Assembly: GCA_963666425.2 (NCBI GenBank)
Contig: OY762825.2
Location: forward strand, 832,001-896,000
Direction: 5' to 3'
DNA length: 64,000 bases
From: Bacillota bacterium
GTDB taxonomy: Bacteria; Bacillota; JAAYKD01
A program made the position numbers and the translations under genes. The notes under the pieces were generated by a model, which did not search any database, was not told the origin of the DNA, and saw only the letters and a program-made list of their open reading frames with translations. Each line of letters opens with the position of its first letter. The stretch's first letter is position 1. Below, piece by piece: positions 28,290 through 37,756 of this stretch.

Positions 28290-28729
28290 TGACGTGGTAG
28301 GCTTCAGTCTCTCTCCCCGCTCCGCAATGCGATGTACTCCATTCGCTGACCCTTGTTTACTTCTTCTGGCTTTTGGCGAAAAAACCTAATGCGTCTCGCA
28401 GGATCTCGGTGTCCTCTTTCAGCCTTCGGTTTTCTTTTTGAAGACGTTCGGCTTCCGCTTTCCATTCAGCTGGACTTTTTCCGGAATTCCTGTTCCATAT
28501 TCTTTATTCCCTTTTTGGAATTATGTCTTCCAGGTATAGAGTGTGCTGCTCTTCATCCCCAGTCGCCGAGCTACTGCCGCTGTTCCTATTTCCTCTGCCA
28601 ATTTCAGGGCTTCCTGCTGTAATTTTTTGCTGTATGTTTGATTCATCTTCTATCGCTCTCCTTTTACTTATACTTTTAGTATAGCATATCCGCGCGATTT
28701 AGACTCCACTTTTATCGTAGTACTCCACA
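28290..28729 (-). mobile_element. Degenerate IS3-family remnant (left end and orfA) of a second IS type
   Basis: Terminus TGTGGAGTACTACGATAAAAGTGGAGTC; orfA MNQTYSKKLQQEALKLAEEIGTAAVARRLGMKSSTLYTWK* interrupted. Confidence 0.7.
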
Positions 28730-28755
28730 ATGATAGCACAAATAATAGATTGCCC

Positions 28756-29721
28756 TCATATACTTTGCTCTGCAAAACAGTGCTTCACAGCATATTGAAA
28801 CGATTTCATTAAAAACGCAATTGCCTTTCGACTCACCTTAGCACAGCTATTGATCCTATCAAAAGCATGATAGCAGCCTGCATAGAGTTCGAAATCGACC
28901 GGAACACCTGCATCTCTTAGATTTTTCACATATATAATTGTCTCGTCTCTAAATGGTTCCAGATCTCCAACGAAAGCTACTGCCGGGGGAAGGCTGCCGA
29001 AATCTGTTGCTCTTGCAGGTGCTGCATAAGAAGGAACGTATTGCCCAGTTAGATCACCCAAATACAATCCCCACGCCACCCGATTTGCCTCGGAATTCCA
29101 GACAGGCGCATTATTTCCCTTTGCGGATTCGCTTGTCATTGTATCGTCAAGCATTGGATACAGCAGCATTTGAAATGCGATTTTCACACCGCTATGATCC
29201 CTTTCGTAGAGAGCAAGGGCAGCTGCAAGCCCCCCTCCAGCGCTTTCACCACCGATCATCAGTTGATCGGCCCGGATTCCCAGTTCATTGGCATGGTCCT
29301 TCATCCACAGAAGCGCTTCATGGCAATCATTCAGAGCTGCCGGATACGGTGCATCCAAAGAAAGGCGATAATCCGGTGCAACGACAATACAGCCACTTAC
29401 CACAATAAACTTTTTGATTAACCCTCTGCTTATTTCAGGAACACCAAACGCGTAGCCTCCGCCATGCATCCACAGTACTCCGGCAGCACCTGGTGAAGAG
29501 ACAAGCGGTTTGTAAATGCATATACGCAACTTGGTGTTATCTTGTCTTCTTGTTATCCATTCCTCGCTGCAGAGCATTCCCTTGATTTTTTTCCCTCGCA
29601 GAAGATCAGACAACTTTCGGAGTCTTCGAAAACTCTCTTTGCTCGACATTTTCACAATCATTTTAAATATGCTGCCCGGAATTCGTAATTGTCTGTCAAT
29701 CATTTTTCTCTCTATCTTCAT
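28756..29721 (-). CDS. Alpha/beta hydrolase, HSL-family esterase/lipase
   Basis: HGGG, DYRL, GESAGG, DPF-like LEPFRDE, YHAFD. Confidence 0.9.
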   Translation of the reverse strand: MKIERKMIDRQLRIPGSIFKMIVKMSSKESFRRLRKLSDLLRGKKIKGMLCSEEWITRRQDNTKLRICIYKPLVSSPGAAGVLWMHGGGYAFGVPEISRGLIKKFIVVSGCIVVAPDYRLSLDAPYPAALNDCHEALLWMKDHANELGIRADQLMIGGESAGGGLAAALALYERDHSGVKIAFQMLLYPMLDDTMTSESAKGNNAPVWNSEANRVAWGLYLGDLTGQYVPSYAAPARATDFGSLPPAVAFVGDLEPFRDETIIYVKNLRDAGVPVDFELYAGCYHAFDRINSCAKVSRKAIAFLMKSFQYAVKHCFAEQSI

Positions 29722-29786
29722 AATCCCTCATATAACAGCTTGATTTGCTGCAGTTTCACCCTATTGAGCATTGCTATCATGATTGA

Positions 29787-31391
29787 TTATTCAAGCCTTT
29801 TTGCTTTCTTAAGCGTACTTATAACCTGATCAGCAGCAATCTTACCGGTTAGGATACTAATGGGTAAACCGGAAGGACTAAATGTCCATTGTCCAGCTTG
29901 AACAATATCTGGAATTGGTGTGTAACAGGTATTTTTGATTTCAGTCATTTTACTGATAGCGGGTATCACATCATTCGTAAAAGCCCAACCGGTGATACCG
30001 CCGTCCAGGTTACCGCTTAACCGTTCAATAGTGAGTGGTGTAGAACTGAACCGGTGAATTACTTTTTCTTTTATATTTTCATAAATACCACTGTCTAGAA
30101 CGCAAATGATCTTATCTTCAGCAAATTTCTTAAACTCTTCATAAAAGCCTAATGCATTGATATTACTGATAAAATCATAATCCATTAAAACGCTAACAAC
30201 TAAACCGGTTTTTCCTTTTGGAGCGAGCGCCTCATTCCGTAATGATGGAATGGCGATTTCATAGGTAGTATAATTGAGGTAATCATTCATCCATTCGAAA
30301 ATCTCTTTTTTTTCAGTCGCATTGCTAATGCTTTTCAGTTTATCGAAAACTTTTGATTGCCCAGTCTTATTCGGAGTATAAAAGACATGACCAGTGGATT
30401 TTTTCAAAAAGTATTCCCTATCCAAATCAACAGCTAAAAAAAGTGAATAGATAGAATCTCCTCCTCTTTTTCCCAGGAGAAGTTCTTTTTGTTTCTCTAT
30501 TTCGTGCGTTATTTTAACGTCTTTGATTGTCTCCATATCAACTGCTTTATAGAGCTGATTCGGATCAGCTGCCCAAATTAACTGGTTATATTCGTACTGC
30601 TGATTATTCTGATCAAAAAGCGTTTTATTGAAATAATCTATTCTCTTAATTTTTGTATCCGTACAAATTGTGCCACCAAATTTTACAATATGATCTTGCA
30701 TTTTCTCAACCAAATCATATGTACCTTTCACTGGGTACTCATAATCCAAGTAAAGACTAAAGTAACTCAAAGCAAAAGAAGCAGGTGTTTTTTGAAAAAA
30801 ATGCTGACTAATGATATCAATCAAGGATTGATTATTGGTTAACCGACTCAAGTGTTCATGAACGGGCAGATTAAATTGCTTAATTTTACCTGATTTGGCC
30901 ATAAATTGAAAAAGCCAAGGAATCAATATTTTAAATACATATTTCCTATCTTTTGCAAGATCTTTGAATAACGGATTCTCGATTCCATATAAAACATCCA
31001 TATAATCCATGATTTTTCTAATATCTTGAAGGATAGCATGTATGTCTTTTTTATTATCGGGGTAAAGTTTCGCCAGCATGTCTCGATAAGCATTCAAACT
31101 GTTCATTGCTTCAACTTGAATCATTTCTTCTTCGATTCCAATCGAAACAATGCTTCTGACAAATTCAACATCGATATTAAGCTGCTTTAACATCGGCTTT
31201 ACGATTCCCGAATCAACAATCCCTCTCACACCGGCATCAAACAAAAAACCGTCATAGTAGAACGAACTTACTAAACCACCGACATGATCTTCTTTTTCGC
31301 AAAGCCTTATTTTATAACCGTTCTTGGCCAGGTAAGCCGCGCTTGTTAGTCCGGCGATCCCACCGCCGACAATAATTGCATCATACCGCAT
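29787..31391 (-). CDS. Phytoene desaturase-like FAD-dependent oxidoreductase
   Basis: GGGIAGL Rossmann; GFLFDAG; LAPKGKT; STPLTIER; GQWTFSPSGLP. Confidence 0.85.
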   Translation of the reverse strand: MRYDAIIVGGGIAGLTSAAYLAKNGYKIRLCEKEDHVGGLVSSFYYDGFLFDAGVRGIVDSGIVKPMLKQLNIDVEFVRSIVSIGIEEEMIQVEAMNSLNAYRDMLAKLYPDNKKDIHAILQDIRKIMDYMDVLYGIENPLFKDLAKDRKYVFKILIPWLFQFMAKSGKIKQFNLPVHEHLSRLTNNQSLIDIISQHFFQKTPASFALSYFSLYLDYEYPVKGTYDLVEKMQDHIVKFGGTICTDTKIKRIDYFNKTLFDQNNQQYEYNQLIWAADPNQLYKAVDMETIKDVKITHEIEKQKELLLGKRGGDSIYSLFLAVDLDREYFLKKSTGHVFYTPNKTGQSKVFDKLKSISNATEKKEIFEWMNDYLNYTTYEIAIPSLRNEALAPKGKTGLVVSVLMDYDFISNINALGFYEEFKKFAEDKIICVLDSGIYENIKEKVIHRFSSTPLTIERLSGNLDGGITGWAFTNDVIPAISKMTEIKNTCYTPIPDIVQAGQWTFSPSGLPISILTGKIAADQVISTLKKAKRLE

Positions 31392-31395
31392 CGAA

Positions 31396-32325
31396 TCATA
31401 CTTCCTTTTCTACAAAACCCGCCATGATCATACTAAAATCCCAGATTTTTTTCTGTTTTCTCAGATCCAAAGCATGTTTTGCCGGTTTTTCTTCCATTGT
31501 CAGATTAAAAAATTTACCGTTCACCTTACTTAACTCTTTCGCTGAAGCCAAATAATAAATTGCGTCTCCGGCTATCTTCGGATCTTTTAAAAAGTGCCAG
31601 GTCACATGATGTAAAAACCAGCGATACAATCTACCATTATTATTACCTATATTCGTTCTTACCCCACCCGGATGCACGGCATTCATAGTAACACCTGTGC
31701 CTTCCAAGTCTTTCGCGAATTGCCAGACAGTTAATAATTGTGCTGTCTTAGATGCCCCATAACTTCTCAAACCGGTGTAGAATCTTTTTTCCCAGTTTAT
31801 ATCATCTATTTGTAAACCGTTAAAACGATGTCCCTCGGAATTGACTTGAATAATCCTTGAAGGCGACGATTCAATCATTTTTTTCAACAGCAATTTCGTC
31901 ATCAGGAAGGTTGCCAAATGATTCACACAAAAAACCATTTCAACGCCGTCTTCCGTTAATTTCCTTCTGGTTAAATAAATACCGACACTGTTGATCAAGA
32001 TATCGATTCTTGGATATTTAACCAAAATCGCCAAAGCTGCATTCTCTACTTGTTTCAAATCGGAAAAATCCGCAATAAAATAATCTACCGTCACCCCATA
32101 TTTTTTTTCGATTTCTTCTTTAACCAATATTGCTTTCTTCTCGTTTCTCGCCACAATCACAAGATTCGCTCCGCCGGCAGCTAAGGCTTTTATGGTTTCA
32201 TAACCCACACCGGAAGTAGCTCCAGAGACAACACATAACTTCCCCTTCATAGATTCATAACTATGTTTTTGAACAGCAAAATCATTTTTTATGAACATCA
32301 ATTCATCTGGAATTTTAAAAATCAT
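31396..32325 (-). CDS. SDR oxidoreductase (retinol dehydrogenase-like)
   Basis: SGATSGVG; VNHL; YGASK; HPGGVRT. Confidence 0.9.
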   Translation of the reverse strand: MIFKIPDELMFIKNDFAVQKHSYESMKGKLCVVSGATSGVGYETIKALAAGGANLVIVARNEKKAILVKEEIEKKYGVTVDYFIADFSDLKQVENAALAILVKYPRIDILINSVGIYLTRRKLTEDGVEMVFCVNHLATFLMTKLLLKKMIESSPSRIIQVNSEGHRFNGLQIDDINWEKRFYTGLRSYGASKTAQLLTVWQFAKDLEGTGVTMNAVHPGGVRTNIGNNNGRLYRWFLHHVTWHFLKDPKIAGDAIYYLASAKELSKVNGKFFNLTMEEKPAKHALDLRKQKKIWDFSMIMAGFVEKEV

Positions 32326-32336
32326 ATTCCTTCTCC

Positions 32337-32792
32337 TTATCCGAAAAGAACTCGCATGAACCAGCGATAGGGTCTCTTCATCAGTGGAATTTCATCATAA
32401 ATATCACCCCAGAGATCGTAATAGTCTCTCTGCTCAATGATAAATCCGGCACTATTAAAAATCAGTTTTGTGGCACCATAAATTGGTTTAGCTGGAAAAA
32501 AGCGAAAAGACATTGTCATCTTCCAATCCATCATCACAATTTGATCAGTTTTAACAATACTTTTTATATCCATTCTCAGGCTTTTACAGCGATTGGCCAA
32601 TCGAGTACACATTGCTTCAAAATTGACTTTACCCTCAATTCTCTGGATTGAATCCTGAAAAATAATATCTTCAGAATAAAAAGGAAAAATATGAGACCAG
32701 TCCGGTTTCCCGGCTTTACTATAGGTTTTTGACCACAATTCCTTAATCTCTTGAATCGACATTGATTTGTTTTCCAGCAAATTTCTTGCCAT
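32337..32792 (-). CDS. NTF2/SnoaL-like domain protein
   Basis: YSEDIIFQD...G...IIEQRDYYD. Confidence 0.8.
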   Translation of the reverse strand: MARNLLENKSMSIQEIKELWSKTYSKAGKPDWSHIFPFYSEDIIFQDSIQRIEGKVNFEAMCTRLANRCKSLRMDIKSIVKTDQIVMMDWKMTMSFRFFPAKPIYGATKLIFNSAGFIIEQRDYYDLWGDIYDEIPLMKRPYRWFMRVLFG

Positions 32793-33049
32793 TACAACAC
32801 CTCATCTGAGTTTTGATATCTTCTAGCCTTAACTTTCAACGCTTGATATTTTATTTCCTTCACATTATAGCAACTTACTAGATATTAATTAGCTTTTCCT
32901 TTTTTTGCGTTTCAACTCATCCCTTACCGCAATCGGTGGCTCTTTATGCCACGGTTGGCTATTTTTCTCAGAAATGCTAAATGAACTGCATAAGATTTTA
33001 AGCAAATAAAACCCGCAGGAGCTGCAGTAAACGGCAAGCGTCAAATAAC

Positions 33050-33216
33050 ACCCACAGCATCAGAAGTATTTAGCTTGGAACGCCGACAGATTTATCTCTT
33101 GGGCGCAAAACATCGGATCGAATACAGAAACAGTAATCAATGCAATCCTGGCAAGTCATAAGATTGAGCAGCAAGGTTATCGTGCCTGTATGGGTGTTTT
33201 GAAACTGGCAGACCGG
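33050..33216 (+). mobile_element. IS21-family istA internal fragment
   Basis: Manual translation HQKYLAWNADRFISWAQNIGSNTETVINAILASHKIEQQGYRACMGVLKLADR. Confidence 0.7.
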
Positions 33217-33217
33217 C

Positions 33218-33571
33218 GATACTATTCTTAAATGCTTAGGCTTTCATGAGGATGAATATATTTAGGAGAAGGAGGTGGTATCAATGAAAAAGTATTGTGA
33301 AGAATGTGGAAAAGAAGTTGAAGCAAAAATTATCACTCGTAAAGAGACCTACGATGTATGTGGTGAGCCGATAGAAGTCGATGCGCAGCTCCTTGTTTGC
33401 ACAGAATGTGGTGAAGAATTATTAACACAAGCTTCTTCTTCCGGAGGAAATAAAGAAGCTAAGAGAGCTGTAGAGATTTCAAAATACTCTTATAAAGAAG
33501 TGGGATATCAAGCTACTAACCCTGGCGAGATTATTTCATATTCATTTGCCAAGGATATTAACTTGGATTAA
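33218..33571 (+). pseudogene. Remnant of a toxin-antitoxin-like pair: tail of an upstream gene plus an internally deleted MqsA-like Zn-finger antitoxin (start 33284)
   Basis: ...ILKCLGFHEDEYI* then AGGAGG RBS; CEECG...CTECGEEL joined directly to a C-terminal GYQAT..GEIISYSFAKD segment, with no HTH. Confidence 0.5.
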
Positions 33572-33652
33572 TCTGCTTAGCATTGGTTGACCGAGCGACG
33601 GTATTCCGCGACGGCAGGATAGCATTCAAGATTATTTGATGCAGCGAGATTG

Positions 33653-35475
33653 AGGGGCTGTAGCAAAATGAAAAATTGCTACAGTCTCTTTTTGATGCTC
33701 CAGTATCATTTTTCACAAACGAAAAACAAGCTAATACGAAAAACAGCAGACAGAAATATAAAGGTCAGATAAAATCTCACCCAAATACAGGAAATATTCT
33801 GATTTTTACTATTGTTAAGCCGTAAGTTTTTTAAACAATTGTCTGCCGGTGCGATTTTGTTGAATCTTGTTGTGTAATTTGTTGATGTTGTAGCCCATTG
33901 CCACCAAAAGAATCTCTGCCAAAACCTTTTTATTGCCGCGGAGCAGGAACTGACGGAAGCCGTAATCCTGCTTGATCACGCCGAAGGCTCCTTCTGACTG
34001 AATGGAACGATTCATCCGCAGCAAGATCCCCTTGGCACTGGTGATCCGCTCCAGTGACTGTTGACGCTGCTCAATGAATTTCTTGGAGACCTGCAGTTTC
34101 CTGTTTCCCTTCGATCGGGTGCATTTCTTTTTATAGGGACACGTTCCGCAATCCTCACATGCGTAGTAGGTGATCTCACTTTCAAAACCAGACTTGCTCT
34201 TACGTTTGCCTGTATAAACTGCTCTGAGCTTCTTTTCAGCCTGACAGGTGTATTCATCCAGTGTCTTGTCATAGGCCATGTTTTCCCTCAGCGCCATGTT
34301 GCTCTTGTATTTCTTCGTTTTAGACCGCTCATAATTTTGAGGCTTAATGTAACACTGTGTGGTTTTATTTTCAAAAAAGGTGTAATTTTCCTCGCTCTCA
34401 TAACCCGCATCCGCTGTGACATCTTCGTAACTTGTCCCCAGATGTGATTCCATATTTTCCAGCAAGGGTATGAGTGTAAGCTGATCGCTGCGCTCACTGG
34501 AAACCTGGACACCTGTAATATATTCACCTTCCACTCCAAGTTGGATGTTATAACCCGGTTTCAATTGCGCGTTACGCATATGATCGTCTTTCATATGCAT
34601 GAAAGTCGCATCCGGATCAATTTTAGAGAAGCTATTCCGCCCTTGGAAGGTCGTTTGATATCCGGCATACTTTTCTTTCCGGCCGAGCAGTTCCCGAAGC
34701 TGCTCGATATCCCTTTGCAACTCGCTTTTTCGCTTGCCCTTGCCGTAGACAAACGGTGCGGTTATCCGGCGCTCGAGGATCTGCAGCAAATCTTCCGACG
34801 TTTCTGCCAGAATACCGTATTTTGCAGACAGCTCAGGCAGCCACTTCGACAGTTTGTCAAGTAGCCTGCTTTCATATTTCGTCGTGCTTTTTTTCCAGAC
34901 AAAGCTATACTTGTTCGCATTCGCTTCGAGTTTTGTCCCGTCTACAAACAGATGCTCAAACTTGATTTCACTCAAGTTTGCCAGCTTTTTCACCAATTGG
35001 TAGAAAAGCTCCTCACCGCATTTTGTCAGCCGTTTACTTCGAAAACGCGCGATTTCGCTGTGGTTAGGTGCTTTTTTTCCATTGAGCAGCCAGATGAAAT
35101 TGATATCTCGCTTACATGCCATGGCGATGGCGCGGCTGGAAAAAATGCCTTGCATACTGGCATATACCATTAGCTTCAGCATGGTAACGGGATTTGTTGC
35201 CGGGCGACGGCCTGTGCGTTGATATGCTCTCCAAAGCGGGGTCTCATCCATCTCCTCCATTATTTCGTCTAAGAGCCGCACACTGTCATCTGCAGGAATT
35301 ATTTTCTCAGCAAAAAATTCGTCAAGTTTTAGTTGCACATTTCTTTTTTTCGTGCCATAATGGACACGGTGTAGTGGTTTTTTCACGATTCAATTATACC
35401 AAAAAAACAGAGCCTTGTGTCTGCTTTTCGCAGCCACTTGGCTCTGTTTTTTTAGGCTGTTTTGCTACAGCCCCT
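33653..35475 (-). mobile_element. IS1182-family insertion sequence
   Basis: Perfect 16-bp terminal IR AGGGGCTGTAGCAAAA / TTTTGCTACAGCCCCT around a single transposase. Confidence 0.92.
33815..35386 (-). CDS. IS1182 DDE transposase
   Basis: FVDGTKLEANANKYSFVWKK; DPDATFM; KPGYNIQ; ADAGYESEENY; RSIQSEGAFG. Confidence 0.93.
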   Translation of the reverse strand: MKKPLHRVHYGTKKRNVQLKLDEFFAEKIIPADDSVRLLDEIMEEMDETPLWRAYQRTGRRPATNPVTMLKLMVYASMQGIFSSRAIAMACKRDINFIWLLNGKKAPNHSEIARFRSKRLTKCGEELFYQLVKKLANLSEIKFEHLFVDGTKLEANANKYSFVWKKSTTKYESRLLDKLSKWLPELSAKYGILAETSEDLLQILERRITAPFVYGKGKRKSELQRDIEQLRELLGRKEKYAGYQTTFQGRNSFSKIDPDATFMHMKDDHMRNAQLKPGYNIQLGVEGEYITGVQVSSERSDQLTLIPLLENMESHLGTSYEDVTADAGYESEENYTFFENKTTQCYIKPQNYERSKTKKYKSNMALRENMAYDKTLDEYTCQAEKKLRAVYTGKRKSKSGFESEITYYACEDCGTCPYKKKCTRSKGNRKLQVSKKFIEQRQQSLERITSAKGILLRMNRSIQSEGAFGVIKQDYGFRQFLLRGNKKVLAEILLVAMGYNINKLHNKIQQNRTGRQLFKKLTA

Positions 35476-35625
35476 TCTTTTTTTGTCCACTACTACAATC
35501 GCAAGCGCGGGTGTAAAATTCGGCGTTGATTCGGTGGAAAACGCAGCTTTCCAAAGGGTAACTGGCTGCGTATAGAACCTATAAAATGCAAAAAAGCCCG
35601 TAAACACAGGCTTTTCGGGCCTAAA

Positions 35626-35670
35626 AAGAACTCTAATGTTGATACTTACCGTATCAATATTAGAGTTCTT
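35626..35670. terminator. Long hairpin immediately 3' of the tRNA
   Basis: AAGAACTCTAATGTTGATAC-TTACC-GTATCAATATTAGAGTTCTT. Confidence 0.65.
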
Positions 35671-35673
35671 AGA

Positions 35674-35758
35674 TGGTGCGGGCGACAGGAGTTGAACCTG
35701 CATGAATTTCTCCGCCAGATCCTAAGTCTGGTGCGTCTGCCAATTCCGCCACGCCCGC
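35674..35758 (-). tRNA. tRNA-Leu (anticodon TAG)
   Basis: GCGGGCGTGGCGGAATTGGCAGACGC; anticodon arm CCAGA-CTTAGGA-TCTGG; long variable arm; GGTTCAACTCC; encoded CCA. Confidence 0.97.
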
Positions 35759-35962
35759 GTATGCTACTGCATTTTATCACAATTTGTCTGTCGGAGCAAG
35801 CATATTTTATTCAGCTAGCTGAATTTCCGTGTATGCAGGCAACGTCCTTTCACGAAAAAGTCGCAGGATTGTTATTTGCTTTTTCAGTTCGTTTATGATA
35901 TGTTATTCTCAGTTTTTTTATATCAATAAGCATCCTATCCTGATTATTCGAGGTGAAAATTT

Positions 35963-37459
35963 TTGTTTCATGAAAAGCTGAATTTCTTAATGACATTAAC
36001 GCATTCCTCCAACAATACGTTGGGTGAAGCTGTCTCGCTGGATGCTTCCTATATCAGCCGCTTACGCAATGGCAGCCGCAAGCTGCCGAAAGACCCTGCT
36101 TTTATCCCTGCAATGGTCGATTATTTCGCTCAGAACATCAATACAGAGGAACAAAAACGAATCTTAGCGACGGTTCCTACTTTTCCCTATCGCTACGAAG
36201 ACGACGGCAATCGCATCAATCAATTATTATCACATTGGCTGCTGCAGGATACCGATGATATGGAAGAACCGATAGAAGCCTTCTTACGGCGTTTCAGTCT
36301 GGTTCGCCATCAGGCTGATGTAACCGCACCAAAGTTGCGGCCTGCGCGGCCGCGCTCCAAAGCAGACTATTATTTTGGCATCAAAGGAAAACAGGAAGCA
36401 GTCTTGCGCTTTTTGAACCAAGTCGCGCGGGAGAAATTCACGCAAACTTTACTGCTCTTCAGCAACGAAGATATGTCATGGATGCTCAACGACCCGCAAT
36501 TCACCAAACAATGGGCGGATTTAATGACAATAGTAATTCTAAAAGGAAATCGCATCAGGATCATTCATACCGTCAGCCGTGCGCTAAATGAGATTTTCGA
36601 TGCAATCACCCAGTGGCTGCCTTTGTATCTGACCGGCTCAATCGAACCTTATTATTATCCCAGGTCACAGGATGGTGTTTTTCGGCGCACCTTATTCATT
36701 GCACCGCAGACCGCAGCAATTGTAGCGTCTTCTGTGCAGAATAATCTGGATGATATGGCTAATTTTTATATTATCAGCCAACAACTGATCAAGACCTTTG
36801 AAAAAGAGTTTGAACACTATTTCGCTTTGTGCAAACCTTTAATGAAAATCTACACCAACGAACAAACCCCGGCTTTGCAGGAAGCTTTGCTTGGCTTTGA
36901 TGCCAAACCTTGTAACACATTACTCTATTCTCCCTCTTTGTCCCTGCTCACCCTGCCTTTTGCTGCTGCCAAGAGTATTGCGGAGCGCAGCAGTCAACCG
37001 GCCATTTTGGCTATCTACCAAAGCAGAGAAATTGCTCTGCTGGAAAATCTAAAGCACTCCACCGTGGTTGATTTTCTTTCCTTGCCCAGCCTAGACACTG
37101 TTTTGCAAGGTAATTTACCATTATTACTGCGAGAGCTTTTCAATTTGCCTTATTTTTGCTATACGAAAGAAGAATTTCGGCTGCATTTAGCCAATGTGGT
37201 TTACTTGTTGCGCAGCGAGCCCAATTATCATGTTGCGATGCATCAGCAAAATGTGACGCCTTATTTACTTTATATCAAAGAAGATTTTGGTGTGATGCTC
37301 AGTAAAGTAACGAATCCCAACGCAGTTTTCTTAATTGAGGACAGCGGTATGACCATTGCATTTTGGAACTTCCTCTATCGTCAGGCTAAAAAAACGATCA
37401 AGACCAACCGCCAGCAGATTATTCATCTGTTGGAACAATATCTGGAAGCTCTGCAATAA
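35963..37459 (+). CDS. Putative transcriptional regulator: N-terminal XRE-type HTH and a large C-terminal domain of unknown function
   Basis: TLGEAVSLDASYISRLRNGSR; 498-aa open frame. Confidence 0.7.
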   Translation: MFHEKLNFLMTLTHSSNNTLGEAVSLDASYISRLRNGSRKLPKDPAFIPAMVDYFAQNINTEEQKRILATVPTFPYRYEDDGNRINQLLSHWLLQDTDDMEEPIEAFLRRFSLVRHQADVTAPKLRPARPRSKADYYFGIKGKQEAVLRFLNQVAREKFTQTLLLFSNEDMSWMLNDPQFTKQWADLMTIVILKGNRIRIIHTVSRALNEIFDAITQWLPLYLTGSIEPYYYPRSQDGVFRRTLFIAPQTAAIVASSVQNNLDDMANFYIISQQLIKTFEKEFEHYFALCKPLMKIYTNEQTPALQEALLGFDAKPCNTLLYSPSLSLLTLPFAAAKSIAERSSQPAILAIYQSREIALLENLKHSTVVDFLSLPSLDTVLQGNLPLLLRELFNLPYFCYTKEEFRLHLANVVYLLRSEPNYHVAMHQQNVTPYLLYIKEDFGVMLSKVTNPNAVFLIEDSGMTIAFWNFLYRQAKKTIKTNRQQIIHLLEQYLEALQ

Positions 37460-37485
37460 ATGAAAGAACCTTCTTTCGCATCGAT

Positions 37486-37541
37486 AAATGCACCGTTCAG
37501 AGAGAGGTGGCAAATCACCTTCACTCTAAACGGTGCATTTT
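37486..37541. terminator. Bidirectional terminator between convergent genes
   Basis: AAATGCACCGTT...AACGGTGCATTT. Confidence 0.7.
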
Positions 37542-37558
37542 ACGAACTCGGCTATTAT

Positions 37559-37717
37559 TTATTTCTCTTTTTTGTAGATACACGCCTGATCGCAGCCTGC
37601 ACAGCCACCACCGCAGCCACCGCAGCCACCGCTGCCCGCTTGTTGTTTTGCTTTCCGTGCCGCAAACAAGATAGCCGCCAGGACCAGCATGATCAACAAC
37701 CAATCGATTCCATTCAT
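37559..37717 (-). CDS. FeoB-associated Cys-rich small membrane protein (52 aa; not in the ORF track)
   Basis: MNGIDWLLIMLVLAAILFAARKAKQQAGSGGCGGCGGGCAGCDQACIYKKEK; GAAAGGA RBS; follows feoB. Confidence 0.85.
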   Translation of the reverse strand: MNGIDWLLIMLVLAAILFAARKAKQQAGSGGCGGCGGGCAGCDQACIYKKEK

Positions 37718-37756
37718 GATGCTCTCACATTCCTTTCAAACTAAACCCCAAAACAA

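Noticed and set aside
35452-35898. ORFs overlapping the tRNA region
   Set aside because: Spurious frames across tRNA-Leu and its hairpin
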